Positions 1 to 9,697 of a stretch of DNA of 64,000 nucleotides are shown in pieces; within the stretch, counting starts at the first letter, position 1, and the number at the start of each line of letters is the position of its first letter. The notes under the pieces were generated by a model. It had not been told where the DNA came from and made no database searches. It saw only the letters and a list, made by a program, of their open reading frames with translations. The stretch covers positions 32,001 through 96,000 of the forward strand of contig CBDFFH010000036.1 in NCBI GenBank assembly GCA_965246715.1, given 5' to 3'. The DNA comes from Chamaesiphon sp. (GTDB lineage Bacteria > Cyanobacteriota > Cyanobacteriia > Cyanobacteriales > Chamaesiphonaceae). A program made the position numbers and the translations under genes.

Positions 1-144
1 CTGGAGATCGATATTGGCTCGATCGCGGATCGATTTAGAAGCTAAGGCTTGAGTCATCTTACTGAATTACCGTGCGATCCGCTTGGATTTTTTTTTCGCG
101 CCTGATAGGCTAGATAAAAATTAATTTTATCGCTCGAAATATTT

Positions 145-435
145 ATGTCTAGACACTCCGATATGAAAATGCGATCGCTCGCTACGATTCGTTCGTTGTT
201 GCAAACCATGATTACGTTAGCCTCCGCCTCTTTGGGTTTTGTTGCGGCACTGGCATGGAACGACGCAATTAAGGCTACTTTTAAAAAGTTTTTGGGTGAA
301 GCAGCTTCCTTGTCCGCTCTTTATACCTATGCGGTGATTGCCACCTTAACAGCTATTTCAGTAGTGGCGATATTGAGTTGGATGGCTAGCAAGGTGGGCG
401 GAAATGCCGTGATTAATCGAGAAGTAGACGGCTAG
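145..435 (+). CDS. small membrane protein (DUF5654-like)
   Basis: 96-aa ORF with two hydrophobic helices and the LGFVAALAWNDAIK motif. Confidence 0.75.
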   Translation: MSRHSDMKMRSLATIRSLLQTMITLASASLGFVAALAWNDAIKATFKKFLGEAASLSALYTYAVIATLTAISVVAILSWMASKVGGNAVINREVDG

Positions 436-470
436 ATTCAAGCCCGATCGTTTTTTCTGAAACCATTATC

Positions 471-507
471 CCTCCAGCCTGAGTTCGGTGACGCTCGCAG
501 CTGGAGG
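471..507. terminator. hairpin between convergent genes, possible bidirectional terminator
   Basis: CCTCCAGC...GCTGGAGG inverted repeat between the two stop codons. Confidence 0.4.
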
Positions 508-540
508 TTGATTGTGTTCGCGCTGCGACTAAACTTAGGT

Positions 541-1980
541 CTAATCTACATCAACCGCAATGACGGCTTTGACGGCATCTTTAGCGTTAGTTTGAAACTC
601 CCGCACGTTGACTCGATCGAGTAATTTCACCGCGATAATCATTGCTAAGGCTTGGAGGCTAAATACGAAACCATAGGCTAAGACAGTATTATTTGCAAAA
701 ACTAACCTGCCGATATCCAATGCCGCACCCCCAAACACCGTTGCTAACCCCTTAGCTAAAGCTTGCGATAAACCCCACGCGCCGATAAATGTTCCGGCTG
801 TCTCTGGTACCGTCAGATCCAACATTAACGTAATCGCGCCCGTCGTCACCAATCCCGAACAAATCCCAAATAATAATAATGCTAATTGGAGAAACACGGG
901 ATTGTGAGTAAAGCCAGAAACTATCAACCACAACATCGATGCCGCAACGAGCATACATCCCAATCGCGCTGTCTTCTGCTTGCCCAACTTAGGCACGAAC
1001 CAAAATCCCGCCAGACTCAAACCAATCAGCGTACCGCCACCCCAGAAAGCATTGAGTGCAGCAGTTTTACCGACTGCGAGCGCAAATACTTCGCCGCCAT
1101 AAGTTTCTAAAATCGGATCTTGGATAAATAACCCCAGTGTCATCACGACTAAAAAGGTAAAAAATACCTGAGTCTGACGATTGGCGGTGAGAATATTCCA
1201 AGCACGTCCCAGTGATAACTGCGATTCGCCGGGTCTATCCACGACCCGATTGGCAAACCGCGAATATTTTTGTTCGACACCGACAGTGGCAATGAAGGTT
1301 AGCCCGCAAACGATCGCCGGAACGATGATAAATAATCGATCGATTTGGGCTTGCACTTGGGCGATTGGCGCATTCGCTTCCAAAGATTTGAGCAAGATGC
1401 CGATCGTAATCGCCCCGACGATCGTTCCTCCGATCAACATCGACCAGTCTACTGCAACGAGTCGCGATCGATCGTCCTCATCGGTAATATCGACGAGCAA
1501 CGTTGCAAACGGTGTCGAGCACATACTCACAGACAAGCCATACACGGCAAACAGCAGTGCTAACAAGATCGCCCAACCATCAGTAGTTGCCGTCCAGCCC
1601 ACCGCCTTGAGGCTGGCTCCGAGCTGCCACATCACCTGCACGGCAAACCAAGCAGTCGTCGTCAGTGCTGCCGCTCCCAGCCAAACGTACCCCGTACGAT
1701 AGTAACCAAACAGCGGCTTGGTATCGGAGAGCTGTCCGAAGATAATTCGTGCTGGGGCAACAAATAAAGTCAGCGCTAAAATTACGGTGGCGATCGTACT
1801 CGGTACTGCTAATTCTTTAATTAATACCCGATTTAATACGCCAAACACCATCACCGACATCATCCCCAATCCCATCTGAAATAAGCCCAACCGGATCATC
1901 GTGGGTAATTTCACTTTGGGCATTGGCTTGCTGTAGTCATAGTCATTCCGGTTTGGAGTAGATAAATCGCCAGTGGTCAT
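541..1980 (-). CDS. BCD (PucC-like) family MFS transporter
   Basis: 479 aa, about 12 TM segments, RLGLFQMGLG..LNRVLI and AGTFIGAWG motifs. Confidence 0.9.
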   Translation of the reverse strand: MTTGDLSTPNRNDYDYSKPMPKVKLPTMIRLGLFQMGLGMMSVMVFGVLNRVLIKELAVPSTIATVILALTLFVAPARIIFGQLSDTKPLFGYYRTGYVWLGAAALTTTAWFAVQVMWQLGASLKAVGWTATTDGWAILLALLFAVYGLSVSMCSTPFATLLVDITDEDDRSRLVAVDWSMLIGGTIVGAITIGILLKSLEANAPIAQVQAQIDRLFIIVPAIVCGLTFIATVGVEQKYSRFANRVVDRPGESQLSLGRAWNILTANRQTQVFFTFLVVMTLGLFIQDPILETYGGEVFALAVGKTAALNAFWGGGTLIGLSLAGFWFVPKLGKQKTARLGCMLVAASMLWLIVSGFTHNPVFLQLALLLFGICSGLVTTGAITLMLDLTVPETAGTFIGAWGLSQALAKGLATVFGGAALDIGRLVFANNTVLAYGFVFSLQALAMIIAVKLLDRVNVREFQTNAKDAVKAVIAVDVD

Positions 1981-2145
1981 AAGATTTTAAATAAATATCA
2001 AAATTCGATCGAATATCTCACTTCTGTGCGACTCGGTAAGATCCTCAATCTAATTTAAAGCACATCCCTCCAGACCAACAATGATGGCGTTCACAAAAAT
2101 TTAGGTTAACCCTATTGACTTTTTGGAGATCTTCTAGGTGCGCTC

Positions 2146-3189
2146 TTAATTTGCGCCGATCGCGTCTAGCAAAATATCCGCACCAAACCGCACCGCATCC
2201 GTGCAAGGCAACCCAGTGGCAGCGCTAACTCGATCGATCTCTTGGCGTACCACATCATCGCTCAAAGTTCCACCATTCAAGGCGATCGCCACTACCTTCA
2301 CGTTCCCAAATGCCCCAGCACAGCTAGCGATCGCCTCATATAACCGCACTACTTCTGGTAAAGATGGAATTTTGACATCGGGACAATTGCGAATGGTTTC
2401 CTGGCCGATTTTGTGGAGCAGAATCAAGTGGGTCGGTTGCGACCCACGAATTAGAGGTAACGTTGCAGTCGAACCTGGGTGTAATAGCGAACCCTGTCCT
2501 TCGACTATTAATAAATCATAATCATTGCCATGTCGCATCACGGCTTGTTCGATCGCCCCTGCGGCATAATCGACCCGTACCGCATCGAGTGCGATACCCT
2601 CACCGCTTATCATCATCCCGGCTTGTCCGGTCGCAATAAACTTAGATTTAACCCCGCGACGTTCGCAGGTGCGTTGTAATTCTAGCGCGGCGGACATCTT
2701 CCCGATCGCCATATCCGTACCGACCATCAGCACCCGCTGACATGGCAGAGATTTGGCGGCACCACTACCGATTTTCAAACCTTGTGGTTCCTGGCGGACA
2801 TCCCAAATCCATTGCTGCGGCTGCAATAATCTGACTAATTCAGGATGCTGGGCTAGAGGTGTATGTAACCCATTGACGATCGATAATCTCCCTGCTACCG
2901 CTTCTCGCAATTCTACAAACCAACTCTCCGGAATCATCCCCCCCGAGGGTGCGATCCCAATCGCCAATACATCTGGCTGATAACTCAAAGCTGACGCGAT
3001 CGAATCGACAATCGGTACAGCTCGATCGATGCCAGTCAACTCAACCAACGATTTACCTGCAACCGTGCGATCGATCGCGCAGACTACCTGTGCGGGACTG
3101 TAGCGTAACAGCGTCAATCCGGTCTTGCCCTGGAGTCCAGTAATCCCTTCATGCAACAACACAGCCAGACGGTGCGAAGATTTCAGCAT
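2146..3189 (-). CDS. DUF1611 family P-loop protein
   Basis: GTDMAIGKM, ATGQAG and VEGQGSLLHP motifs. Confidence 0.9.
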   Translation of the reverse strand: MLKSSHRLAVLLHEGITGLQGKTGLTLLRYSPAQVVCAIDRTVAGKSLVELTGIDRAVPIVDSIASALSYQPDVLAIGIAPSGGMIPESWFVELREAVAGRLSIVNGLHTPLAQHPELVRLLQPQQWIWDVRQEPQGLKIGSGAAKSLPCQRVLMVGTDMAIGKMSAALELQRTCERRGVKSKFIATGQAGMMISGEGIALDAVRVDYAAGAIEQAVMRHGNDYDLLIVEGQGSLLHPGSTATLPLIRGSQPTHLILLHKIGQETIRNCPDVKIPSLPEVVRLYEAIASCAGAFGNVKVVAIALNGGTLSDDVVRQEIDRVSAATGLPCTDAVRFGADILLDAIGAN

Positions 3190-3377
3190 AGTTGAGTCGG
3201 CAGAAGTTCTCGATTTTTTATAGATACCACCACATTATCGCCTGAATCGCGCTTTGCTAGCGATCGATTGTAGCGAAGTGCTGGTGAAACGTCGCTCCGA
3301 AATTAATGATGAGCGGTTAATTTTGCGGTTGTAGCGATCGATTTTTGTGCTCCCGATCCCCAGATTTTTGCAAACTA

Positions 3378-3408
3378 GCGGAATCGTCGATCGCCAGATT
3401 GTAGTAAT
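3378..3408 (+). promoter_or_regulatory. putative ECF-type promoter GGAA-N17-GTAGTAAT
   Basis: same motif and spacing upstream of the paralog (3919-3949). Confidence 0.45.
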
Positions 3409-3435
3409 CGCTGAAACTATAGCTGGCAAAACACT

Positions 3436-3810
3436 ATGAAATTCACGTATTTATCGCTCGGTATCATCACGATTGGCACTCTATCGATATTCGGCTCGCT
3501 ACCTGTAAATCAAGCTAGCGCCCAATGTGTGATGAATGATACTAGTATTCAAGTCTCGATTAATTCTTCACGGATCCCTACCGAACGACGGAATAATGTC
3601 AGTCAGAATTCCAATGGTGGATGTGTAGGTAATACCGTCAATACCACTGGCGTTCAAGTTCAAACTGGTGGCAACAAACCTGTTAGTCAGAGTCGGAATG
3701 TCAACCAGACCATCAATGGTAGCAATAGCAGCCCGATCGGTGTCAATTCGTCTCCAGTAAAAACTCGCACTAATGTTGGCATCGATGTATATACTCCTGT
3801 CAATCGATAA
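3436..3810 (+). CDS. secreted Asn/Gln/Ser/Thr-rich hypothetical protein (paralog 1)
   Basis: signal peptide ending ASA|QC; two Cys; highly similar to the next gene. Confidence 0.8.
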   Translation: MKFTYLSLGIITIGTLSIFGSLPVNQASAQCVMNDTSIQVSINSSRIPTERRNNVSQNSNGGCVGNTVNTTGVQVQTGGNKPVSQSRNVNQTINGSNSSPIGVNSSPVKTRTNVGIDVYTPVNR

Positions 3811-3918
3811 TGGTGCGAATCTGGCTAGCTAGTGCCGATCGAAATCTCTGGGTACTAGCTGCGATCTGTAGACTGTCAGTAACGTTCCGCACCGAGCTGG
3901 GGATTTTGAGCTAAATTT

Positions 3919-3949
3919 GCGGAACGATCCAGCGACGTATTGTAGTAAT
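3919..3949 (+). promoter_or_regulatory. putative ECF-type promoter GGAA-N17-GTAGTAAT
   Basis: conserved copy of the motif at 3378-3408. Confidence 0.45.
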
Positions 3950-3976
3950 GGTTGAGACTAACATAAGCAAAACAGC

Positions 3977-4360
3977 ATGAAATACTCATTTTTACCCATC
4001 GGACTCCTCTCGATTGCGACCTTCTCCACTTTGGTTGGATTGTCTGCACCACAGGCTAGCGCCCAATGCGTCATGAATGATACGAATATTCAAGTGTCGA
4101 TTAATGGTTCGCGCAAACCTAGCGATCGCACTAATAATGTCAGTCAAAATTCTAATGGTGGTTGTGTGGGCAATACTGTAAATACCACCAATGTCCAACT
4201 TCAAACTGGCGGTACTCAGCGCGCGACACAGCGACGGGAAAGTAATCAACAAATTAATGGTAGCAATAATAGCCCGATCGGAGTCAATTTACCACCAGTA
4301 AAAACACATCAAAATATCCAAATTGATGTCGATAATCCAGCCGATCGCTTTAACAAATAA
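3977..4360 (+). CDS. secreted Asn/Gln/Ser/Thr-rich hypothetical protein (paralog 2)
   Basis: tandem duplicate sharing QCVMNDT.IQVSIN and NNVSQNSNGGCVGNTVNTT. Confidence 0.8.
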   Translation: MKYSFLPIGLLSIATFSTLVGLSAPQASAQCVMNDTNIQVSINGSRKPSDRTNNVSQNSNGGCVGNTVNTTNVQLQTGGTQRATQRRESNQQINGSNNSPIGVNLPPVKTHQNIQIDVDNPADRFNK

Positions 4361-4430
4361 TAATGAATTTTAGTTTGGTTATTGACGATCGATTTGCAGA
4401 GTTTCAGTATTAGGTAACATCCCTAATATC

Positions 4431-4496
4431 GTAGGGTGGGCACTGCCCACCGCAAGGATTCAAGCTAATACTATAGGTCGGGCAGTGCCAGCCTAC
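4431..4496. repeat. REP doublet (REPIN-like)
   Basis: GTAGGGTGGGCACTGCCCAC ... GGGCAGTGCCAGCCTAC; same REP as flanks the RAYT. Confidence 0.8.
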
Positions 4497-4535
4497 TCGA
4501 TGTAAAAAAAACGCCATAGCTGTAAATCTAAATTT

Positions 4536-7500
4536 TCAGCACTCATGCCGATCGACTGTTAGAGTGACGTTACATGGATCGCGATTGGCAAATATGTGGT
4601 TGACATTTTGGCCGAGAACTGGCGGGGTAATGTCTCCAAAGTTCCAACTGTAAGTGAGGGTATCGGCGATACCGGGATCGCTGGCAGTGGCGGTAAATGT
4701 TGCTGCTTGACTTTTCTTAATTTGCAGTGGTTGGATAATTGAGACGATCGTTAGTGCGACGTTGGCGACGGCGATTTTGAGGGATTTAGTGGTGCTGGCT
4801 CCGTCGTTGTCAGTCACGGTGACGGTGAGGTTATTGGTACCAGCTTTGAGGAAGGTATGGTTGGGATTGGTGACTCCGGTGACGGGGATATAACCATCCC
4901 CAAAGTTCCAGGTGATGGTGTGGGTGTCTTTGATGCCAGGGTCGCTGTAAGTTACGCCGAGGTTGAGGGATTCGCCTTGGTTGAGGCTGGTAGTTGGAGC
5001 GGTGAGATTGACAATCGGGGCGAGGTTATCGACTTTGACTGTGGTGGTTTGCTGGGTGCTACCGCCGTCCTTATCGGTGACGGTGATGGTGATATCGTAG
5101 TTACCGTTGTCGGTGTAGGTGTGGGCGATGTTGCTTCCAACGATGGGGTTGGTGCCGTCGCCGAGGTTCCAGCTGTAGGTGAGATTGTTGCTGTTACCGC
5201 CGTCTGTGGCTGTGGCTGATAGTTGGATGGTTTGTCCTTCGTTAATCTTGGTGGGGATGGTTAGGGTTTGGATGGTGGGGGGGAGGTTATTGACGGTGAG
5301 GTTGACGGTGGCGAGATTGGAGATCTGTCCGTCGCTACCAAATCCAAGGTAGGTGAAGCTGTCGTTACCGACGTAGGTGGGGATGGGTTGGTATGTGAGT
5401 TTGCCGTCGGTGGTTTGGGTGAGAGTGCCGTGGGTGGGTTGGTTGATGATTTGGATCTGGGTGACGTTGGTGTCGTTGGTGGTGAGTTGGGTGGTGGTGA
5501 GGGTGAGGGGGGTGTTTTGGTTGGTGGTTAGGGTGTCGTTTTTAGTAACGGGGATGGGTTGGGTGTCGGTGAAGAGTTTGACATCATCAATGGTGACGGT
5601 GCTGGTTTTGGCTCCGAATCCTAAGAGGTTGAAATATAAGGTGGCTTGGGTGCTTGGGGTGACTTGGGTTAAGTCTATGGTGACGATGCTACTGTTGTTA
5701 CCCAGAGCGGTGATGGTGACTTTATCGCTCTTATGGATGTTACCGTTGGCTTGGATGTTGAGGAGGGAGTCGGTGTTGGTTAATCCCTGTGATGTTCCGG
5801 CGAGGGGGTTGAAGGTGTTGGTGTCGAGGAGGGCTACTTCAAAGGCATCGTTGGCGGTTTTGGATGTGTCGCCAGCAACTAGGTGGTTGTCAATGATTGT
5901 GAATTGGAGGGTTTTGGCTCCGGTGGGGATGATGAAGGCTTGGGTGAGTTCGGAGAGTTTTTGGGACTGCTCGGTTAGTGTGGCAGTGCCGTTGATGATG
6001 TTGGTGGCACCTGCGGTGTTCCAGGTTGTTGCTGTGGTGAAGTCGCCGTTGGTGATGCCGATTAATGCACCTGCGGTGAGGTAGGCGGGGTTGACTGTAC
6101 CGACACCCGATACCCCACTGCCAATACCCGAATTGAGGGCGTTAATAATCGCCCAGTCCATTTTGGATGGTAGTTTGCGAACGCCAGGTTTGAGGCTGGT
6201 GTTCATGAGGTCGTAGGGGTAGAGGGTGCTGTCGAGGTGTGAGCCGTCGGGGGTTAGTTTGGTGGTGAATGTATCGGTGGTGAAGATGCCGTTTTTGATG
6301 TGTTTGTCGAATTCGCTGTAGCCATTGATGATACCCAGAGTGTGTCCCATCTCATGCAGGATGGCAGTGAGGAGGTCATATTTACCAGAGGCTGAGCTGT
6401 TAGGGGCGGCTTGGAAATACTCCCCAACTCCCTCACTCCCCAACTCCCCAACTCCCTGAAACTCACTAGAATCCCCTGGTGTACTATCAACGAACCAGCC
6501 GACTCCGTTGGCATCGTCGTCGATGGTGATAGTGGCGGTTTTGGGGGTGCCGTTGGTGTTGTAGCTGGTGATGGTGCCTTCGGCTAGATGTCCAGTTGGG
6601 AGATTGGTGATTTCAAAGTTGAGGTCGATGGGGGTAGTAGAATGAAGTTGCTGCTGCCATAGACTAATGGCGGCTAATTCGATTTTTTGTACCTGATAGC
6701 CAACATTATGTTGTACACCGAACGCTTGGAAGAAGAGAACATCTTGAGTCTCTATGCTGCTGGGAGAAGAGATTTCTCCTTCACTGAAATTTCCGTAGGA
6801 CATCTGGATGGGAGAGACTTGAGCGACATCAACCTGACTGGTGCTTCCTTTTATGGAGGTTTTATAAGTAATACCAATCTCAGTGGTGCTTGTCTCTTCG
6901 GAGCTACTTTTAATTGTGTTGGTATCTATGGATCTAATCTGACTGGAGCCGATCTCACTAATGCCCGTTTTAGCGGTAACATTGACTGTAGCAACGTCAA
7001 CTTTACTCGATGTCGCTTGGAAGATGTTGTTTTTACTAATGCCGATTTGAGAAATTCCAATTTCCAAGGGTGTGGTGAAGCGAACGGTTCCATCTGGATT
7101 AAGTGTGATTTTTCTGGTGCAACTGGTATCGATCGCCTCTTTGAGAGATCCGGAGGATTCGGATATTGGAAGTGTATCTTTTCTGGTGGTGATGGAGTAG
7201 GGCGAACTAGTGGATTGCTCTTCCTCGGCTAGTAATGGATATACCCCTCCCACAATCCAGTTATAAATCTCTGTGTAGTTACGGGTTTTAATTTGAGAAC
7301 GAGTTTGAGTGGGAAGATTGCTAAAGAAATCAAAATTATTCCCACTTTGTTTTAGCTTCTGTTCTAAATCTGCAACAGACATCAAAGATGTAAAATATTG
7401 ATTGTCTCTCCAATTTATTATATTTCCTCGACTGGCATCGTTAGGCATATATACAGCAAAAGCCATATTGTCTTTAGTCGCATCGGCTAACTTCTGTCCA

Positions 7501-8759
7501 TGATTGAGAACTAGGACTACGCGCCATAGGAATTCAGGTACGCTAACATTAACACCAGTAGCGGTCGTATCCCCATCACGCCCAGCAATAATATATAAAT
7601 CCTTGTCTTTTCCAGTAAATTGCTGAGTCGTTTGATTGTAAGTTCCAACTAAGGTGCTAGATAAAAATATAGCTAGATCCACCCAAGGATCTGGCTTAGA
7701 AATTTTGCCTAGATCGTATTCTGGGAATACATTTGACATCACAAAAGTTGAATAATAATCCTTGAAAATATTATCATTACCATTTGTTTGAGAAGTAGCG
7801 ATTCTTTCTCTCTGACGGGCATCTGCAACATGACCCCGTTGATAGCCGGAATTCTCACCATCTATAGCATTAAAATCTACTACAGTAAACTTCGGATATG
7901 AGTTATTTGATTGGAGAGAATTGAGTTGAAAATCGCGATTAAATTTATTTGGACGAACATCGACAGCATCAGAGTTCATCCAACTCCGATCGAGTTTGTA
8001 GCTTACCCAATTAGCTGTTTTTAGATCGTTATTGTAAGACAACGCATATCCTGGCTTCTCCAACAGGAAGTTAGTAAGATTTAGATTAGCTTCTAGATCG
8101 CCCTTAGCATTGGTCAAATTCCCTGGCAATAAATGTTCGCTGCCAAAGAAGATATCATCCAAATAAACTTTTTTACTACCATTAACAACTATTTTTAACT
8201 TAGCTACTTTACCTCTCATTTCCGCAGGTATGTCAGCCGAGAAAGTCTCAAAACCATAGCTGCCAAAAGCAAGTCGATTTATCTGCCCTTGCATCGGTTG
8301 TACTGCATTTATCCCTGGTTTTACTTCTCGTAGGTCGATAGCAACAACAGTTGTGCCATCAGTTGGAGATTTGATAGCATCATTAGGGATAATGAAAGAA
8401 GGAGTAGCTAAAGGTAAACCAGATAATTCAACCTCATTTCCACTTTCATCAATGAGAAACATTTGAATGAAATTGCTCTGATCATTACTTTGAGCCGGAT
8501 CGTCAATATGAACATTAAATCTGAGCCTACCATTTTCAGGGATGACAAAAGCATTGTGAATTAAAGTATCACCACCTTGAAGCTCTATAGCGTAGTTTGG
8601 ATTACTAGGATTGTAACCAATTGTTTTTAGATAAGATGGATGAGTGAATTGTCCATTAGGAGGCTGTGATGAGTTAGCATTAGGATCTCTAGCTAGTCGG
8701 TCATAATCTTGAGTCAGACCAGTTGAATCGCTTAGAAACGTAGGGTGGGCACTGCCCAC
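4536..8759 (-). CDS. 5'-truncated giant extracellular protein: DNA/RNA non-specific endonuclease domain, HExxH motif, cadherin/Big-like domain, PKD repeats
   Basis: YALSYNNDLKTANWVSY..QRGH..TFVMSN nuclease motifs; LHEMGH; YSWNLGDG/WNFGDG PKD repeats; the ORF start lies inside a REP and there is no signal peptide. Confidence 0.8.
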   Translation of the reverse strand: MGSAHPTFLSDSTGLTQDYDRLARDPNANSSQPPNGQFTHPSYLKTIGYNPSNPNYAIELQGGDTLIHNAFVIPENGRLRFNVHIDDPAQSNDQSNFIQMFLIDESGNEVELSGLPLATPSFIIPNDAIKSPTDGTTVVAIDLREVKPGINAVQPMQGQINRLAFGSYGFETFSADIPAEMRGKVAKLKIVVNGSKKVYLDDIFFGSEHLLPGNLTNAKGDLEANLNLTNFLLEKPGYALSYNNDLKTANWVSYKLDRSWMNSDAVDVRPNKFNRDFQLNSLQSNNSYPKFTVVDFNAIDGENSGYQRGHVADARQRERIATSQTNGNDNIFKDYYSTFVMSNVFPEYDLGKISKPDPWVDLAIFLSSTLVGTYNQTTQQFTGKDKDLYIIAGRDGDTTATGVNVSVPEFLWRVVLVLNHGQKLADATKDNMAFAVYMPNDASRGNIINWRDNQYFTSLMSVADLEQKLKQSGNNFDFFSNLPTQTRSQIKTRNYTEIYNWIVGGVYPLLAEEEQSTSSPYSITTRKDTLPISESSGSLKEAIDTSCTRKITLNPDGTVRFTTPLEIGISQIGISKNNIFQATSSKVDVATVNVTAKTGISEIGSSQIRSIDTNTIKSSSEETSTTEIGITYKTSIKGSTSQVDVAQVSPIQMSYGNFSEGEISSPSSIETQDVLFFQAFGVQHNVGYQVQKIELAAISLWQQQLHSTTPIDLNFEITNLPTGHLAEGTITSYNTNGTPKTATITIDDDANGVGWFVDSTPGDSSEFQGVGELGSEGVGEYFQAAPNSSASGKYDLLTAILHEMGHTLGIINGYSEFDKHIKNGIFTTDTFTTKLTPDGSHLDSTLYPYDLMNTSLKPGVRKLPSKMDWAIINALNSGIGSGVSGVGTVNPAYLTAGALIGITNGDFTTATTWNTAGATNIINGTATLTEQSQKLSELTQAFIIPTGAKTLQFTIIDNHLVAGDTSKTANDAFEVALLDTNTFNPLAGTSQGLTNTDSLLNIQANGNIHKSDKVTITALGNNSSIVTIDLTQVTPSTQATLYFNLLGFGAKTSTVTIDDVKLFTDTQPIPVTKNDTLTTNQNTPLTLTTTQLTTNDTNVTQIQIINQPTHGTLTQTTDGKLTYQPIPTYVGNDSFTYLGFGSDGQISNLATVNLTVNNLPPTIQTLTIPTKINEGQTIQLSATATDGGNSNNLTYSWNLGDGTNPIVGSNIAHTYTDNGNYDITITVTDKDGGSTQQTTTVKVDNLAPIVNLTAPTTSLNQGESLNLGVTYSDPGIKDTHTITWNFGDGYIPVTGVTNPNHTFLKAGTNNLTVTVTDNDGASTTKSLKIAVANVALTIVSIIQPLQIKKSQAATFTATASDPGIADTLTYSWNFGDITPPVLGQNVNHIFANRDPCNVTLTVDRHEC
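6708..7232 (+). CDS. pentapeptide-repeat protein nested antisense within the nuclease-domain gene
   Basis: typical cyanobacterial N-terminus EENILSLYAAGRRDF followed by regular pentapeptides (INLTG ASFYG TNLSG ACLFG ATFNC SNLTG ADLTN ARFSG..ADLRN SNFQG); ATG at 6708. Confidence 0.75.
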   Translation: MLYTERLEEENILSLYAAGRRDFSFTEISVGHLDGRDLSDINLTGASFYGGFISNTNLSGACLFGATFNCVGIYGSNLTGADLTNARFSGNIDCSNVNFTRCRLEDVVFTNADLRNSNFQGCGEANGSIWIKCDFSGATGIDRLFERSGGFGYWKCIFSGGDGVGRTSGLLFLG

Positions 8760-8946
8760 AGACCATTTAGAGCCGAAGAAATAAGAGTTTAAACTGTTTG
8801 ATTCGATTACCTCCGGTACGCTACGCGAACGAAATAATCTCTACAATAATCGATCGCAAAGTGTGGCGTAGACAATCGATATTAATCACCTCAAATATTT
8901 ATATTACTAAATCGATAATGGTGTTTATGGGCACTGCCCACCCTAC
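8740..8946. repeat. REPIN-like unit flanking the RAYT
   Basis: inverted GTAG-REP pair with an internal spacer shared with 9698-10012. Confidence 0.8.
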
Positions 8947-9014
8947 AAAATTGAAATCTTAAAACCAACAAAGTTAACAGCTTTGGTAGCGAGCGCCTGA
9001 AGGGATATTTATTG

Positions 9015-9590
9015 TTATTCTCCCATTTCTAAATTCATCAAACTCATTACTGCTGGAGTGAGAATATTTCCATTACATTGACATCCCCACTGGCGATCGT
9101 ACTCGCCCCGCCTCACCCCACGACGAAAACTGGAATATTGCCAATCGTGAACGCATTTTACCAACCCATGCTTAACTGGATTGAAATGCAAATAATCCAA
9201 ATGCTTGCGTAAATCTACTTCATCCCGGATCGTATGCTCATAAAATCTTCTTTGCCAAACATCACTCTCCCGATGCTTCCGCCGCGACTCACATACATCC
9301 TCCGGTAAATTATTCACCCCACGTAATGCACGAGTAAATAACACCTTCATCCGTCCGACTCGATAAGAATAATCGGGATCGTCAGGTGGTAACGTCCACA
9401 AAAAATGAATGTGTTCGGGAAGAATAACCGCAGCATCGATATTGAATGGCTTTTCTGCCATCATTAATGCACAAGATTGTCGCAATATCTCAATATTTTC
9501 TGGTGCTAAAAATAACTTATGCCGCTGGTAAGTGATGAGAGTCAGAAAAACACTACTTCCAGGGATATGAGCGCGGCGGTATTCTGGCAC
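9015..9590 (-). CDS. REP-associated tyrosine transposase (RAYT, IS200/IS605 Y1 superfamily)
   Basis: HUH motif PEHIH, WQRRFYEHTIRD and YLHFNPVKHG; flanked by REPs. Confidence 0.9.
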   Translation of the reverse strand: MPEYRRAHIPGSSVFLTLITYQRHKLFLAPENIEILRQSCALMMAEKPFNIDAAVILPEHIHFLWTLPPDDPDYSYRVGRMKVLFTRALRGVNNLPEDVCESRRKHRESDVWQRRFYEHTIRDEVDLRKHLDYLHFNPVKHGLVKCVHDWQYSSFRRGVRRGEYDRQWGCQCNGNILTPAVMSLMNLEMGE

Positions 9591-9697
9591 AGCTAAAATT
9601 GGAATAACTAACTATGACTAATAAGTTTGAAACTAAGTTATACATTTATTCTACATTAGAAATGTAAGCTGAGTAATGTCGGCAATCATTTAGAAAA

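Noticed and set aside
4857..6084. Long plus-strand ORFs (120, 87 and 235 aa) antisense to the PKD/Ig region
   Set aside because: Val/Gly-rich mirrors of ACC/AAC-biased codons with no family motifs, unlike the pentapeptide ORF at 6708
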